This document shows, piece by piece, positions 8,754 to 18,521 of a stretch of 64,000 nt of DNA. The notes under the pieces were generated by a model. The model was not told where the DNA came from, made no database searches, and worked only from the letters and a program-made list of their open reading frames with translations. How positions within the stretch are numbered: the first letter of the stretch is position 1; every line of letters begins with the position of its first letter. The DNA is taken from assembly GCA_963702435.1 (NCBI GenBank), contig CAVPCR010000002.1, positions 288,001 to 352,000 of the forward strand. The letters run 5' to 3'. Both the position numbers and the translations under genes were made by a program. This stretch comes from Candidatus Eiseniibacteriota bacterium (GTDB lineage: Bacteria > Eisenbacteria > RBG-16-71-46 > CAVPCR01).

Positions 8754-11222
8754 TCACGACCCCGGCGGCAGCTCGCCGCGCGCCGCCTGGTCGCGCACGG
8801 CCCGCACCTCGACATCGTTCGGATGCGCGGTGAGCCACACGTCGAGCACGGCGAGCGCCGAGTCCAGGTGTCCCATCCGGTGGAAGACCTCGAAGAGGCT
8901 CGCGTAGGGATCGAAGTAGCCCGGGCCGCCGCGAGCGATCGCCGTCTTGAGGAGCGGCACCGCCTCGTCGTAGCGCCCCTGGGACCCGAGCACGAGACCG
9001 AGCCGGTGCGTGAAGCGGGCGTCCGCCGGGTGGCGCGCGAGGGCATCCCGGTAGTGCGCCTCGGCGCGCGCCACGTCGCCGGTCTTCTCGATCAGGATGC
9101 CGAGGAAGAGCCGGTTCCCCGCGAAACCGGGGCTCACCGCCTGCGCCCGCCCGGCCTCGCGCACCGCGGCGGCGAGGTCCCCCGCCTTGTCGTACTCGAC
9201 CGCGAGGTAGAAGTGGATCGCGGCGTAGTTCTGCATGAGGCGCCGCTCGTTGTCGTCGTGATAGAGCGTCGTATCCGTGGCGCCCGCGGGTGTCACGATG
9301 CCGCGGAGCGGCGTGAATACCGAATCTACATTCCGCCGGCAGGTGGCGACATCCACCCGCACCGGGGTCGGCTCGGGATGGATGCGGCGGGTGAGCCCCT
9401 CCATGGTCAGGCGCTCGTCGAGCCCCATCAGGTCGGGCACGGTGACCGCGAGGTAGAGCGGCCGCTCGCGCGGCGTGGCGGCGAGGATCGCCTCGACGGC
9501 GAGGTCCTTGATCATGAGGATCCGCCCGCTCGCCTCGTCGCGGATCGGACGGAGGGCCGCGATCTGCGCGTCGGAGAGGCCGAGGGGCACCCGCGGCTCG
9601 TAGTCCCGGATCTGGCGCAGGTACCACGGCGTGTTGAGGAGGCTCAGGTTCACCACGCGCACGTCCCGCCTGATCTTCTCGACCTCCTGCAGGTACCAGG
9701 GCGGAAAGGTGTCGTTGTCGCCGTTGGTGAGGAGCACGGCGTCCGGGGGCAGGGGGACGAGCAGGTTGTAGGCGTAGTCGCGCGCGATCCAATCGCGGCT
9801 CCGGTCGTGCTCGAACCACATGCGGCGGAAGGGCACGAGGGCGAGGAGGACGAGGAGCGCCACCGCGAGGGCGGCGCGGGCGGGCGCGCCGCCACGCGTG
9901 CGGGCGGCGAGCGCGGCCAGCGCGCCGGCGCCGAGCCCGGCGGCGAGCGCGGCCGCCTGGTAGAAGAGGATGAAGAAGTAGTCGCGCTCGCGCACCTCGT
10001 GATCGGTGAAGTTGAGGTAGAGGATGAGAAACGGTCCGCCGATCAGGAGGAGCACGAGGAGCAGATGGAACCCGCTCCGGTCGCGGCGATACGCGGCCAC
10101 CATGCCGGCCACGGCGGCGAGGGGAACCACGAGCCCGCCGAGCACCCCGGGGAAGAGCGGCCACTGCTCGCGCAGGTAGCGCGCGAACATGTCCACCTGG
10201 TAGCCGAAGGGCGCGCGCCGCACGAGGGGATTCGCCGGCGGGTACTGGGCGCGGGTGAGCGTGTCCCAGAACGCCTGCCAGTTGTCGGGCTGCCCCTCGT
10301 TGATCATCGGCGCGAGCGCCGAGCGGATCGGCAGGAAGAGATGCACGCTCGCGCCGAGCACGAAGAGGAGGACGAGCGCGGCGGCGAGCTTCTTGTCGGT
10401 CACCGCGGCGAGGCAGGCGAGGTAGGCGACGAGGAGGGCGCCCGCCTTCCCCGCCGCGCCGAGTCCGGCCCCGCCGGCCAGCGCCGTGAGCACGAACCCC
10501 ACCGCGGGAAGGACCAGGAACCAGATCCGGAGGTCGCGGCGCGGAAGGAGTCCCGGCGGCCGCTCCCGAATGACGAAGACGAGGAGCGCGGGCAGCACGA
10601 GGTAGGTCCCGAGGTGGATCCCGATCGAGAGGCTCAGGACATAGAAGACGGCGAGGAGCAGGTGCGGATCGCGGCGCGCGGGCGGTTGATCGGCCCAGCG
10701 CACGACCGCCCAGATCGCGGTCGCCACCATGAATCCCGAGAGCGCGTACACCTCCGCCTCGAGCGCGTTGAACCAGAGGGTACGCGAGCAGGCGGTGAGG
10801 AGCCCGGCCACGAGTCCGGCGCCGAGCGCGCCGGACGAGCCGAGCCCGGCGCGGCGGCCGAGCCGGACTGCCGCCAGGTGGGCGAAGAGGGCCGTCAGCG
10901 CGGTCGCCACGGCCGACAGCATGTTGACGCGGAAGGCGATCGATCCGGCGGGGACCAGGGTCGCCAGCCGTCCGATGAGCACGTAGAGCGGCGTCGAGGG
11001 TTGATGCGGAATGCCGAGCGTGTAGCTCGTGGCGATGTACTCCCCGGCGTCCCAGAACGGCACCGTGCGATACGCGGTCCGCGCGTAGACGGCGAGCGCG
11101 ACCAGGGCCGGGATCGCGGCGGCGAGCGCGCCCGGGTCGCGGCCGCGCCGGGCGGTCCGCCCGGCGGCCGGGGGAGCGGCCGCGGCGGGGCCGCGCGCCG
11201 GCGCGCGGGTCTCAGCGGGCAT
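8754..11222 (-). CDS. DUF2723-domain GT-C membrane protein with C-terminal TPRs (TMEM260-like)
   Basis: TVPFWDAGEYIATSYTLGIPHQP, LWFNALEAEVY, PMINEGQP, VRERDYFF, TNGDNDTFP, VNLSLLNTPWY, then a TPR-like tail. Confidence 0.88.
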   Translation of the reverse strand: MPAETRAPARGPAAAAPPAAGRTARRGRDPGALAAAIPALVALAVYARTAYRTVPFWDAGEYIATSYTLGIPHQPSTPLYVLIGRLATLVPAGSIAFRVNMLSAVATALTALFAHLAAVRLGRRAGLGSSGALGAGLVAGLLTACSRTLWFNALEAEVYALSGFMVATAIWAVVRWADQPPARRDPHLLLAVFYVLSLSIGIHLGTYLVLPALLVFVIRERPPGLLPRRDLRIWFLVLPAVGFVLTALAGGAGLGAAGKAGALLVAYLACLAAVTDKKLAAALVLLFVLGASVHLFLPIRSALAPMINEGQPDNWQAFWDTLTRAQYPPANPLVRRAPFGYQVDMFARYLREQWPLFPGVLGGLVVPLAAVAGMVAAYRRDRSGFHLLLVLLLIGGPFLILYLNFTDHEVRERDYFFILFYQAAALAAGLGAGALAALAARTRGGAPARAALAVALLVLLALVPFRRMWFEHDRSRDWIARDYAYNLLVPLPPDAVLLTNGDNDTFPPWYLQEVEKIRRDVRVVNLSLLNTPWYLRQIRDYEPRVPLGLSDAQIAALRPIRDEASGRILMIKDLAVEAILAATPRERPLYLAVTVPDLMGLDERLTMEGLTRRIHPEPTPVRVDVATCRRNVDSVFTPLRGIVTPAGATDTTLYHDDNERRLMQNYAAIHFYLAVEYDKAGDLAAAVREAGRAQAVSPGFAGNRLFLGILIEKTGDVARAEAHYRDALARHPADARFTHRLGLVLGSQGRYDEAVPLLKTAIARGGPGYFDPYASLFEVFHRMGHLDSALAVLDVWLTAHPNDVEVRAVRDQAARGELPPGS

Positions 11223-12303
11223 GAGTCACCTTCATCTCCGCACGCGGCGCCGGCGACAGCTCGTCGAGGCGCGCGAGCACCCGCCCCGGCGAGACGCCGG
11301 CGAGACACGCGTGATCGCCCCGCGGGCAGCGCCTTCCGCCATGCACCGAGCAGGGGCGGCAGTTCAGGTCGAGCCGTTGCTCGGCGCGGTGCGGGCCGAC
11401 CGGCAGGAAGCCGAGCGCCGGGACCGTCGGACCGAAGAGCACGACGACCGGTGCGCCCGCCGCGGCGGCGACGTGCGTGAGCCCCGAATCGTTGCCGACG
11501 ACTGCGTCGGCCTGCGCGAGCGCCGCTGCGAGCTCGACGAGGGTCCCGCGCGCGATCGCGATGCCCTCTCCCACCGGGCCGGGCCAGGTCTCCCCGGGAC
11601 CGAGCGCGACGAGCACGCGATCGCCGCGCGCCCGGAGCGCGGGTACGAGCTCGGCGAATCCCGGCCAGTTCTTGGTCGCGTGGCGCGCGCCCGGACAGAG
11701 CGCGATCGCGCGGCGGCCGGCCGCGGCCGGACCCCAGAGCGCCGCCGCCGCCTCGAGCGCGCGCGCCGGCAGGCGGAGCCCGGGGGCCGGGAGCTCGTGG
11801 CCCGCGCGGATCCGCGGATCGGCGACGCAGGCCGCGGCGAGCGCGGCCGCGGGCGGCACCATCGCCGCCGGGAGGAACGCGGGCGGCGGGCGCCGGCAGA
11901 GCCGGCGGAGCGTGGCCCCGGCGACGAGGCAGCGGCGGGCGACCGCGCGCGTCGCCACCCGGCGGCGGACCGGAGCCCCCGACCAGGCGGCGAGAAACCG
12001 GCTCCGCGAGCTCGCATGCAGGTCGAGCACCTCGGCGAAGCGGCGCGCGCGGAGGCGGCGCGCCAGGCGCACGGCGCCGCGCACGCCGCGATCGGCGGCG
12101 GCGAGCGCGATCACCTCGGCCACGGCCGGGTGGGTCGCGACGAGCGGCGCGTAGGCCTGCTTGGTGAGATAGACGATGCGGGACCCCGGCGCGCGGGCGG
12201 CGAGCAACGCGAGCGCGGGAAAGGTGAGCGTCACGTCACCGAGCGAACCGAAGCGGAGGACGAGGATCTCCGCGCCGCCGCGCGCGGGCCGCGGCGCGCT
12301 CAC
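11212..12303 (-). CDS. Glycosyltransferase family 9 (LPS heptosyltransferase)
   Basis: LRFGSLGDV, PGARHATKNWP, VGNDSGLTHVAAA, LFGPT, CRPCSVHG...CP. Confidence 0.9.
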   Translation of the reverse strand: MSAPRPARGGAEILVLRFGSLGDVTLTFPALALLAARAPGSRIVYLTKQAYAPLVATHPAVAEVIALAAADRGVRGAVRLARRLRARRFAEVLDLHASSRSRFLAAWSGAPVRRRVATRAVARRCLVAGATLRRLCRRPPPAFLPAAMVPPAAALAAACVADPRIRAGHELPAPGLRLPARALEAAAALWGPAAAGRRAIALCPGARHATKNWPGFAELVPALRARGDRVLVALGPGETWPGPVGEGIAIARGTLVELAAALAQADAVVGNDSGLTHVAAAAGAPVVVLFGPTVPALGFLPVGPHRAEQRLDLNCRPCSVHGGRRCPRGDHACLAGVSPGRVLARLDELSPAPRAEMKVTHAR

Positions 12304-14213
12304 GAGATCGGCTCCGCGAGCGGGGCGACGGCGACCGCCTTCTCCTCGCTGCTCAGGCGCGTGTAGAGCCCGTTCCGGCGGACAAGCTCCTCGTGCGTCC
12401 CCACCTCGACGATGCGCCCGCGATCGAGGACCACGATGCGATCGGCCTGGCGCACGGTGGACAGGCGATGGGCGACGACGAGCACGGTCCGCCCCACCAT
12501 GAGACGGGCGAGCGCCGATTGCACGAGGCGTTCCGACTCGGTGTCGAGGGCCGAGGTCGCCTCGTCGAGGATCAGGATCGGCGGGTTCTTGAGGATCGCG
12601 CGCGCGATGGCGAGCCGCTGCCGCTGCCCGCCCGAGAGGCGGACGCCGCGATCCCCGATCCCGGTCGCGTAACCCTCCGGCATGGCCCGGATGAACTCGT
12701 CGGCATGCGCGCTGGCCGCCGCCGCCGCGACCGCCTCGTCCGCGATCGTCGCATCCCCGTAGGCGATGTTGGCGCGCACCGAGTCGTTGAAGAGGATCAC
12801 GTCCTGGGTGACGAGCCCGATCAGGCGCCGGAGATCCCCGAGAACGAGGTCGCGGAGATCGATGCCGTCGAGGGTGATGCGCCCCCGGGTCGGGTCGTAG
12901 AAGCGCGGCACGAGGTCAACGAGCGTCGACTTTCCCGATCCCGAGGGTCCGACGAGCGCGACCACCTCGCCCGCATGCACCTCGAGATCGACCCCGGCCA
13001 GCACCGGCCGCCCGGGCTCGTAGGCGAACTCGACCCCCTCGAAGCGAAGGGCGGTCGCGAAACGGTCCACCGGGCGGGCGTCCGCGCGCTGGCGCACGGT
13101 CGGCTGGATGGCGAGGAGCTCCACGATGCGCTCGCCGGCGGCGAGCCCGTCCTGGATGTCCGGGTTCACGCTCGCGAGCTTGCGGAGCGGGCGGATCATG
13201 GACAGCATGGCGACGAGGAAGAGGAGGAAGCGATCGGGCGTGAGCGTGCGCTCGACCAGGATCAAGTGGCCGCCGTAGAAGAGGACGAGGACCGCGGCGC
13301 CGGCGCCGAGGAGCTCGGAAAGCGGGCTCGAGAGCGCGAAGTAACGGCGGAGGCGGAGGAAGGCATGGAAGACGCGATCGGCGGCGGCGCGGAAGCGCGC
13401 CACCTCGAAGTGCTCCATGGCGAAGGCCTTGACCACGCGCATCCCGGAGATCGTCTCCTGGAGGACGGCGGTCATGTCCGCCATGCGCTCCTGCGTGCGC
13501 CGGCTCGAGCGCCGCAGCCGCCGCCCGAGGCCGACGATGAGGAGCGCGCTCGGCGGGATGACGACGAGCGAGACGAGAGCCAGCGGCACCGACACCCAGA
13601 ACACCCAGAACAGGCAGGCGACGAGGGTGAGCACCTCGCGCACGGCGATGAAGACGCCGGCGGTGAGCGCGCCGCGCACCAGGTTCACGTCGTTCGTGAT
13701 GCGCGAGATCAGGATCCCGGCGCGCCGCCGGTGGAAGAAGTCGAGCGAGAGCGTGGTCAGGTGGGCGAAGAGCTGCGTGCGCAGGTCGCGGACCACGGCC
13801 TGCTCGATACGATTGATCGAGACCTGCTCGATGAAACTCGCGATCCCCTTCGCGAGGAAGACGAGGAGGATGACCGCGCAGACCCGGCGGAGCGCGGCCG
13901 CGGGCGGCGTCACGAAGAGGTAGGACTCGATCCGCGCGCGGAGGGCGCGGATCGGGCCGGCCGCCGCGAGCCGGGCAGCCGGATCGCTCGCGCCCGCCGG
14001 CAGGGCGGTGCTCGCGGGCGCCGCAGCGTCCGCCGGGGGCCCGACGCTCGCGGCGGGGGCGGCGCTCGCCGCGAACAGCGTGCGCGTGAGCGGCGCGATC
14101 ATCCCGATCGACGCGCCGGAGAGCACGGCATACACGGCGCCGGCCACGAGCGTGACGACGACGAGCCCGCGATAGGGCTTGAGGGTGGCGAGCAGAACGC
14201 GGTGGACCGTCAT
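12300..14213 (-). CDS. msbA: Lipid A export ABC transporter, MsbA-like (TMD+NBD)
   Basis: GPSGSGKST, LSGGQRQR, ILILDEATSALD, N-terminal TM domain, LPS gene context. Confidence 0.85.
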   Translation of the reverse strand: MTVHRVLLATLKPYRGLVVVTLVAGAVYAVLSGASIGMIAPLTRTLFAASAAPAASVGPPADAAAPASTALPAGASDPAARLAAAGPIRALRARIESYLFVTPPAAALRRVCAVILLVFLAKGIASFIEQVSINRIEQAVVRDLRTQLFAHLTTLSLDFFHRRRAGILISRITNDVNLVRGALTAGVFIAVREVLTLVACLFWVFWVSVPLALVSLVVIPPSALLIVGLGRRLRRSSRRTQERMADMTAVLQETISGMRVVKAFAMEHFEVARFRAAADRVFHAFLRLRRYFALSSPLSELLGAGAAVLVLFYGGHLILVERTLTPDRFLLFLVAMLSMIRPLRKLASVNPDIQDGLAAGERIVELLAIQPTVRQRADARPVDRFATALRFEGVEFAYEPGRPVLAGVDLEVHAGEVVALVGPSGSGKSTLVDLVPRFYDPTRGRITLDGIDLRDLVLGDLRRLIGLVTQDVILFNDSVRANIAYGDATIADEAVAAAAASAHADEFIRAMPEGYATGIGDRGVRLSGGQRQRLAIARAILKNPPILILDEATSALDTESERLVQSALARLMVGRTVLVVAHRLSTVRQADRIVVLDRGRIVEVGTHEELVRRNGLYTRLSSEEKAVAVAPLAEPIS

Positions 14214-14277
14214 CGAGCCGGCCCCTCGCCGGCCGCCGCCCGCTGCACCGCCGCCCGTCTACGGCAGGAGGCGCCGG

Positions 14278-14646
14278 TCATGGGCTCCGGTCGGAAGGTA
14301 GGCTGTCCAGGTCGAAGCTCGCACGATCGAAGTCCTCCCGCTGATCCTCGGGACGCTTGCCGAGGAGCTCGACGGCGATCATGTTGAAGACCAGATCGCC
14401 GAACTGACTCGCCTCGTGGATGCCCCAGTGGTTGAACACGGTTTTGGTCAAGGGGCCGAACTCCTTGACCCCCAGCTCGCGGATCCCCGCCATGAGCTCC
14501 GCCGCGGTCACGTGCCCGATCCGCCCGCGGCGCTCGAGCGTGTAGCGGAGCGCCTCGACGACGAACGCATAGGCCTCGGCCCGGTAGCGCGGATCCCGCG
14601 CCAGCACCAGGTCGAGCCTCTCGATCGCGTCGCCGTCCTGCTCCAT
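14278..14646 (-). CDS. Conserved small protein, Minf_1886-like family
   Basis: DPRYRAEAYAFVVEAL...HVTAAEL...FGPLTKTVFNHWGI...FGDLVFNMI pattern, recognised from memory. Confidence 0.75.
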   Translation of the reverse strand: MEQDGDAIERLDLVLARDPRYRAEAYAFVVEALRYTLERRGRIGHVTAAELMAGIRELGVKEFGPLTKTVFNHWGIHEASQFGDLVFNMIAVELLGKRPEDQREDFDRASFDLDSLPSDRSP

Positions 14647-14682
14647 CTCGGTCAGCGGTCCTCTTTCCGTGCTGCAGCGGCC

Positions 14683-15540
14683 CTACGCCGTGACGGCGCA
14701 GGCCGGGTAACCGACCACTTGCCGGCGGTCGCCGGTGACATCCCCCGAGTTCTGATAGGCGAGGACCTGCACGGCCCGCCCGCCGAGGATCCGCGCTGCA
14801 TAGAGCACCGCGGCGATCGGCCCGCCGCCGCACGCCTCGAGATGGCCGCTGGTGAGCCCGGCCAGGAGGCCGTCGGGATCGAACGCCGCGATGCGCCGGA
14901 GCGCCTCGCGATCGAGGGCCACCGCCTCGTCGTACTCATGATAGTGGGAGAGATCCGAGCTCGCGACGAGGAGACTCTGCGGCGCCGCTCCGGCGACCCG
15001 GGCCAGCACCTGCCCCAGATCGAGCGCCGTGGCCCGATCCTGCCTGCCCATCACCATCGGCACGAGCCGGAAGGACGAGAGCTGCCGCTGCAGGAACGGG
15101 AGCTGCACCTCGAGCGCATGCTCCTCCTCGTGCACGGCGTTGCGGACGAAGATGTGCCCCGACTCGCGCGTCAGCGCGTGGACGAGCTCGCGATCGATCG
15201 GCACGTCCCCGAGCGGCGTGCTGAACGCCTCCCCGTCCCACAGGGCGACGCCCGCGAACGCCGCATGGTGGCTCGGACCGACGAGAAAGACCCGCGCCAC
15301 CTGCGCCGGATCCAGCTCCCGATAGCCGGCGGCCGCCACCCGCCCCGAGTACGGATATCCCGCATGGGGCTCGACGAGAGCGAGCACGCGACCGCCCGCG
15401 TGGGCCGGTGGTCCGCAAGCCAGCATGCGATCCACATCGTGCTCGAGGCGGGTGCGCTCTCCGGGATAGAACATGCCGGCGACGGCCGGACGGCGCACGG
15501 CCCGCCGGCTGTGACCGCTTCCGCCCTCCCATGCGACCAT
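14683..15540 (-). CDS. amrB: MEMO1 family protein (AmmeMemoRadiSam system protein B)
   Basis: RRPAVAGMFYP, PHAGYPYSG, GPSHH, EHALEVQLPFLQ, ASSDLSHY, ACGGGP, NSGDVTGD. Start uncertain (15540 or 15579). Confidence 0.9.
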   Translation of the reverse strand: MVAWEGGSGHSRRAVRRPAVAGMFYPGERTRLEHDVDRMLACGPPAHAGGRVLALVEPHAGYPYSGRVAAAGYRELDPAQVARVFLVGPSHHAAFAGVALWDGEAFSTPLGDVPIDRELVHALTRESGHIFVRNAVHEEEHALEVQLPFLQRQLSSFRLVPMVMGRQDRATALDLGQVLARVAGAAPQSLLVASSDLSHYHEYDEAVALDREALRRIAAFDPDGLLAGLTSGHLEACGGGPIAAVLYAARILGGRAVQVLAYQNSGDVTGDRRQVVGYPACAVTA

Positions 15541-15619
15541 GACCCTTCTCCCTTTCGCGCCCGCTCCCGTTCGCACCACGCATCGGAACCGGGGCGGGGC
15601 CTAAGTCCATCCGTCTATC

Positions 15620-17296
15620 CTACCCGGTCCGGCCGCGGGCTGCTCGCGCCCGGCCGGCGGCGGCCGGGCGGCGGCCGTCCGCGCCGAGGAGCGGCGCCGG
15701 CAGGAACTCCCGCCCCCGCAGGAGCGAGTCACGCCGCCAGCGGCGATCGTCGCGCTCGGGATGGTCCCGGTTCCAGTGCAGCCCCCGCGATTCGAGCCGC
15801 CGCGCCGCCGAGAGGATGATGAGCTCGGCCAGGTGTCCGATGTTCCGGAGCTCGACCAGGTCCGCATCGAGCACGTAGTCGCGATAGCTGGCCTCGATCT
15901 CCTCGCGGAGGACGGCGACGCGCTGGGCCGCCCGGCGGAGCCGGTCGTCGCTCCGCACGATCCCCACGTAGTCCCACATCAGGCGGCGGACCTCGTCCCA
16001 GTCGTGATCGAAGGTGACCGCCTCGCGCGGGCGTCCGGCCTCGCCCGGCGCCCAGGGCTGCGGCCGCGCCAGTCGCTCGCGGCGGCGGACGATCGCGCGC
16101 GCCGTCGTCGCCGCGCGGTGCGCGAAGACCACGGCCTCGAGCAGCGAGTTCGAGGCCAGGCGATTGGCGCCGTGCACGCCCGTCATCGCCACCTCGCCGA
16201 TGGCGAGAAGCCCCGGAATCGAGGTCCGCGCCCGGAGGTCGGTCGCGACCCCGCCGCACTGGTAGTGGGCGGCGGGCACGACCGGGATCGGCTCCTTCGT
16301 CATGTCGATGCCGAGCGCGCGGAGCTTCGCGTCGATCATCGGGAACCGTTCGCGCACGCGGGCCGGGTCGAGGTGCGTGACGTCGAGCAGCACGTGCGGA
16401 TCGCCGCGGCGCTTCATCTCTCCGTCGATCGCGCGCGCCACGATGTCGCGCGGAGCGAGCTCCGCCATGGGATGAACGCCCGGCATGAAGCGGACGCCGC
16501 CGAGCGTGCGCAGGATCCCGCCCTCGCCGCGGACCGCCTCCGAGATCAGGAAGGAGCGGGCCTGCGGGTGATAGAGACAGGTGGGATGGAACTGCACGAA
16601 CTCGAGGTTGCCGACGACCGCGCCGGCGCGATGGGCGATGGCGACGCCGTCCCCGGTCGCGATGTCGGGATTCGAGGTGTAGAGGTAGACGCGCCCCGAG
16701 CCCCCGGAGGCGAGGATGGTCACGCGCGCCGCGACCGGCGAGATGGACCCCGTTCGCGTCTCCATGACATAGGCGCCGAGGCAACGCTCGCCGGGCCCGA
16801 GGCCGAGGCGGGAGCCGAGGATCAGATCGACGGCCATGCAGTGCTCGGCGATCCGGATCCGCGGCTCGGCGGCGACCGCGGCGAGGAGCCCGCGCTCGAT
16901 CTCCCGGCCGGTCATGTCGGCCGCGTGCACGATGCGCCGGCGGGAATGGCCGCCCTCCCGGCCGAGCGCGAAGTCGGGTCCCGTGCGGCTGAAGCGGACC
17001 CCGTGGCGTACGAGCTCGCGGACGCGAGCCGGCCCGCTCTCGACGATCAGCTCGACCGCGTCCCGATGACAGAGCCCGACCCCGGCGCGCAGGGTGTCGG
17101 CCACGTGCAGATCGAAGCGATCCCCAGCATCCATCACCGCGGCGAGCCCGCCCTGGGCGTAGTTGGTCGAGGACTCGCGATCCTCCTTCTTGGTGATCAC
17201 GAGCACCTCGCCGAAGGGGGCGCACTTGAGCGCCGCGGAGAGCCCGGCGATGCCGGAGCCGATCACCAGGACGGCGGTCGACGACGGGAGCTTCAT
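15620..17296 (-). CDS. nadB: L-aspartate oxidase
   Basis: IGSGIAGL, STNYAQGG, REGGHSRRRIVHAAD, QFHPT, ISEAVRGEG, LAPRDIVAR, PAAHYQCGG, HGANRLASNSLLE. Confidence 0.96.
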   Translation of the reverse strand: MKLPSSTAVLVIGSGIAGLSAALKCAPFGEVLVITKKEDRESSTNYAQGGLAAVMDAGDRFDLHVADTLRAGVGLCHRDAVELIVESGPARVRELVRHGVRFSRTGPDFALGREGGHSRRRIVHAADMTGREIERGLLAAVAAEPRIRIAEHCMAVDLILGSRLGLGPGERCLGAYVMETRTGSISPVAARVTILASGGSGRVYLYTSNPDIATGDGVAIAHRAGAVVGNLEFVQFHPTCLYHPQARSFLISEAVRGEGGILRTLGGVRFMPGVHPMAELAPRDIVARAIDGEMKRRGDPHVLLDVTHLDPARVRERFPMIDAKLRALGIDMTKEPIPVVPAAHYQCGGVATDLRARTSIPGLLAIGEVAMTGVHGANRLASNSLLEAVVFAHRAATTARAIVRRRERLARPQPWAPGEAGRPREAVTFDHDWDEVRRLMWDYVGIVRSDDRLRRAAQRVAVLREEIEASYRDYVLDADLVELRNIGHLAELIILSAARRLESRGLHWNRDHPERDDRRWRRDSLLRGREFLPAPLLGADGRRPAAAGRARAARGRTG

Positions 17297-17417
17297 GCCC
17301 TTCCGTTCCTCGAAATCGCTCGAGACATTCCATGTAACTTCATGATCCGTCTCCCGATCGCCATGCGACGATGCACCGCTTTGCGGGGCTGGACCGAACC
17401 CCGGGAGCGAGCATAGC

Positions 17418-18521
17418 TCAAACCGCGCGCTCGCCGCGGGCCGCGCCGAGGACGGCGTGGCGGAGATCGTCCTCCCCGGTCTCGAAGCGCAGCGCCAGCT
17501 CCGCGACGAGGACTTGAGCGCCGATCGCGGCGGCGAGCCCGGGACCAAACGCCGCGAGGAGACGCGGCTCGTCCTTCTCGGTCGTGACGAGGGTCGAGGC
17601 GACGCGGGTCAGGGCGGCGAGCCGCGGCCGGTCGGCGGCGCTGAACGGATGATGGTCCGGGAAAGCGGCGGTCATCGCCACCTCGATCCCGGCCGCCCGC
17701 AGCCCCGCGGCCAGTCGCTCCGGGCGGGCGATCCCGGCCACGGCGGCGACCGGCCCCGCGATCGCGCCCGGCGGCAGGAGCGGCGCCGAGAAGTCCCCGA
17801 GCGGGCGGACTCCCGCGATCGCGGCCGCGGCCGTGGCGAGCGGGAGCGCGGGCGCGATCGCGCCCACCTCGCGCGCGCGCGCCGCCACATCGGCGGGTGA
17901 TTCGGTGGGACCGTGCACGAGGATGCCGCGGTGCGCGCGGCCGAGGGCGGAGGGCGGCTCGCGAAGCCGGCCGGCCGGGAGGAGCCGGCCGGCGGCGAGC
18001 GGATCCGCCGCCGCGAGCGCCACGAGGTCGAGATCGCGGGCCAGGCGGCGATGCTGGAAGCCGTCGTCGAGGAGGAACACGCCGCCCGCGAGGAGCGGCG
18101 CCAGCGCCCGCGCCGCCCGCCGGCGATCGGCGTCCACGCCGAGGGTGACCCCGGGCGCGCGCCGCGCGAGGAACCACGGCTCGTCGCCGATCTCGGCGAC
18201 CGCCGGGAGCGGCCCGCCGGCCGGCCGGAGGATGGTGGCGCGCGCCCGCCGGCCGTGGCCGCGGGTGAGGAGAGCGACCGGGATGCCGGATGCGAGGAGC
18301 CACTGCGCGATCGCGAGGACGAGCGGCGTCTTGCCGGTTCCGCCGACCGCGAGGTTTCCGACCGAGATCACGGGCAGCGGCGCCCGCTCGACGGCGAGGA
18401 AACCGCGCGCGAAGAGCGCGTTCCGGAGCGCCACCGCGCCGCCGAAGAGCGCGGCGGCGAGCGACGCGAGCGGCGCGGGCAGCGGATCCGCCACTCCGCC
18501 CGCGCGCTCCTCTCCGCTCAT
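17418..18521 (-). CDS. lpxK: Tetraacyldisaccharide 4'-kinase
   Basis: ISVGNLAVGGTGKTP, GDEP, LDDGFQH, LPAGRLREP, FPDHH, TTEKD. Confidence 0.95.
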   Translation of the reverse strand: MSGEERAGGVADPLPAPLASLAAALFGGAVALRNALFARGFLAVERAPLPVISVGNLAVGGTGKTPLVLAIAQWLLASGIPVALLTRGHGRRARATILRPAGGPLPAVAEIGDEPWFLARRAPGVTLGVDADRRRAARALAPLLAGGVFLLDDGFQHRRLARDLDLVALAAADPLAAGRLLPAGRLREPPSALGRAHRGILVHGPTESPADVAARAREVGAIAPALPLATAAAAIAGVRPLGDFSAPLLPPGAIAGPVAAVAGIARPERLAAGLRAAGIEVAMTAAFPDHHPFSAADRPRLAALTRVASTLVTTEKDEPRLLAAFGPGLAAAIGAQVLVAELALRFETGEDDLRHAVLGAARGERAV

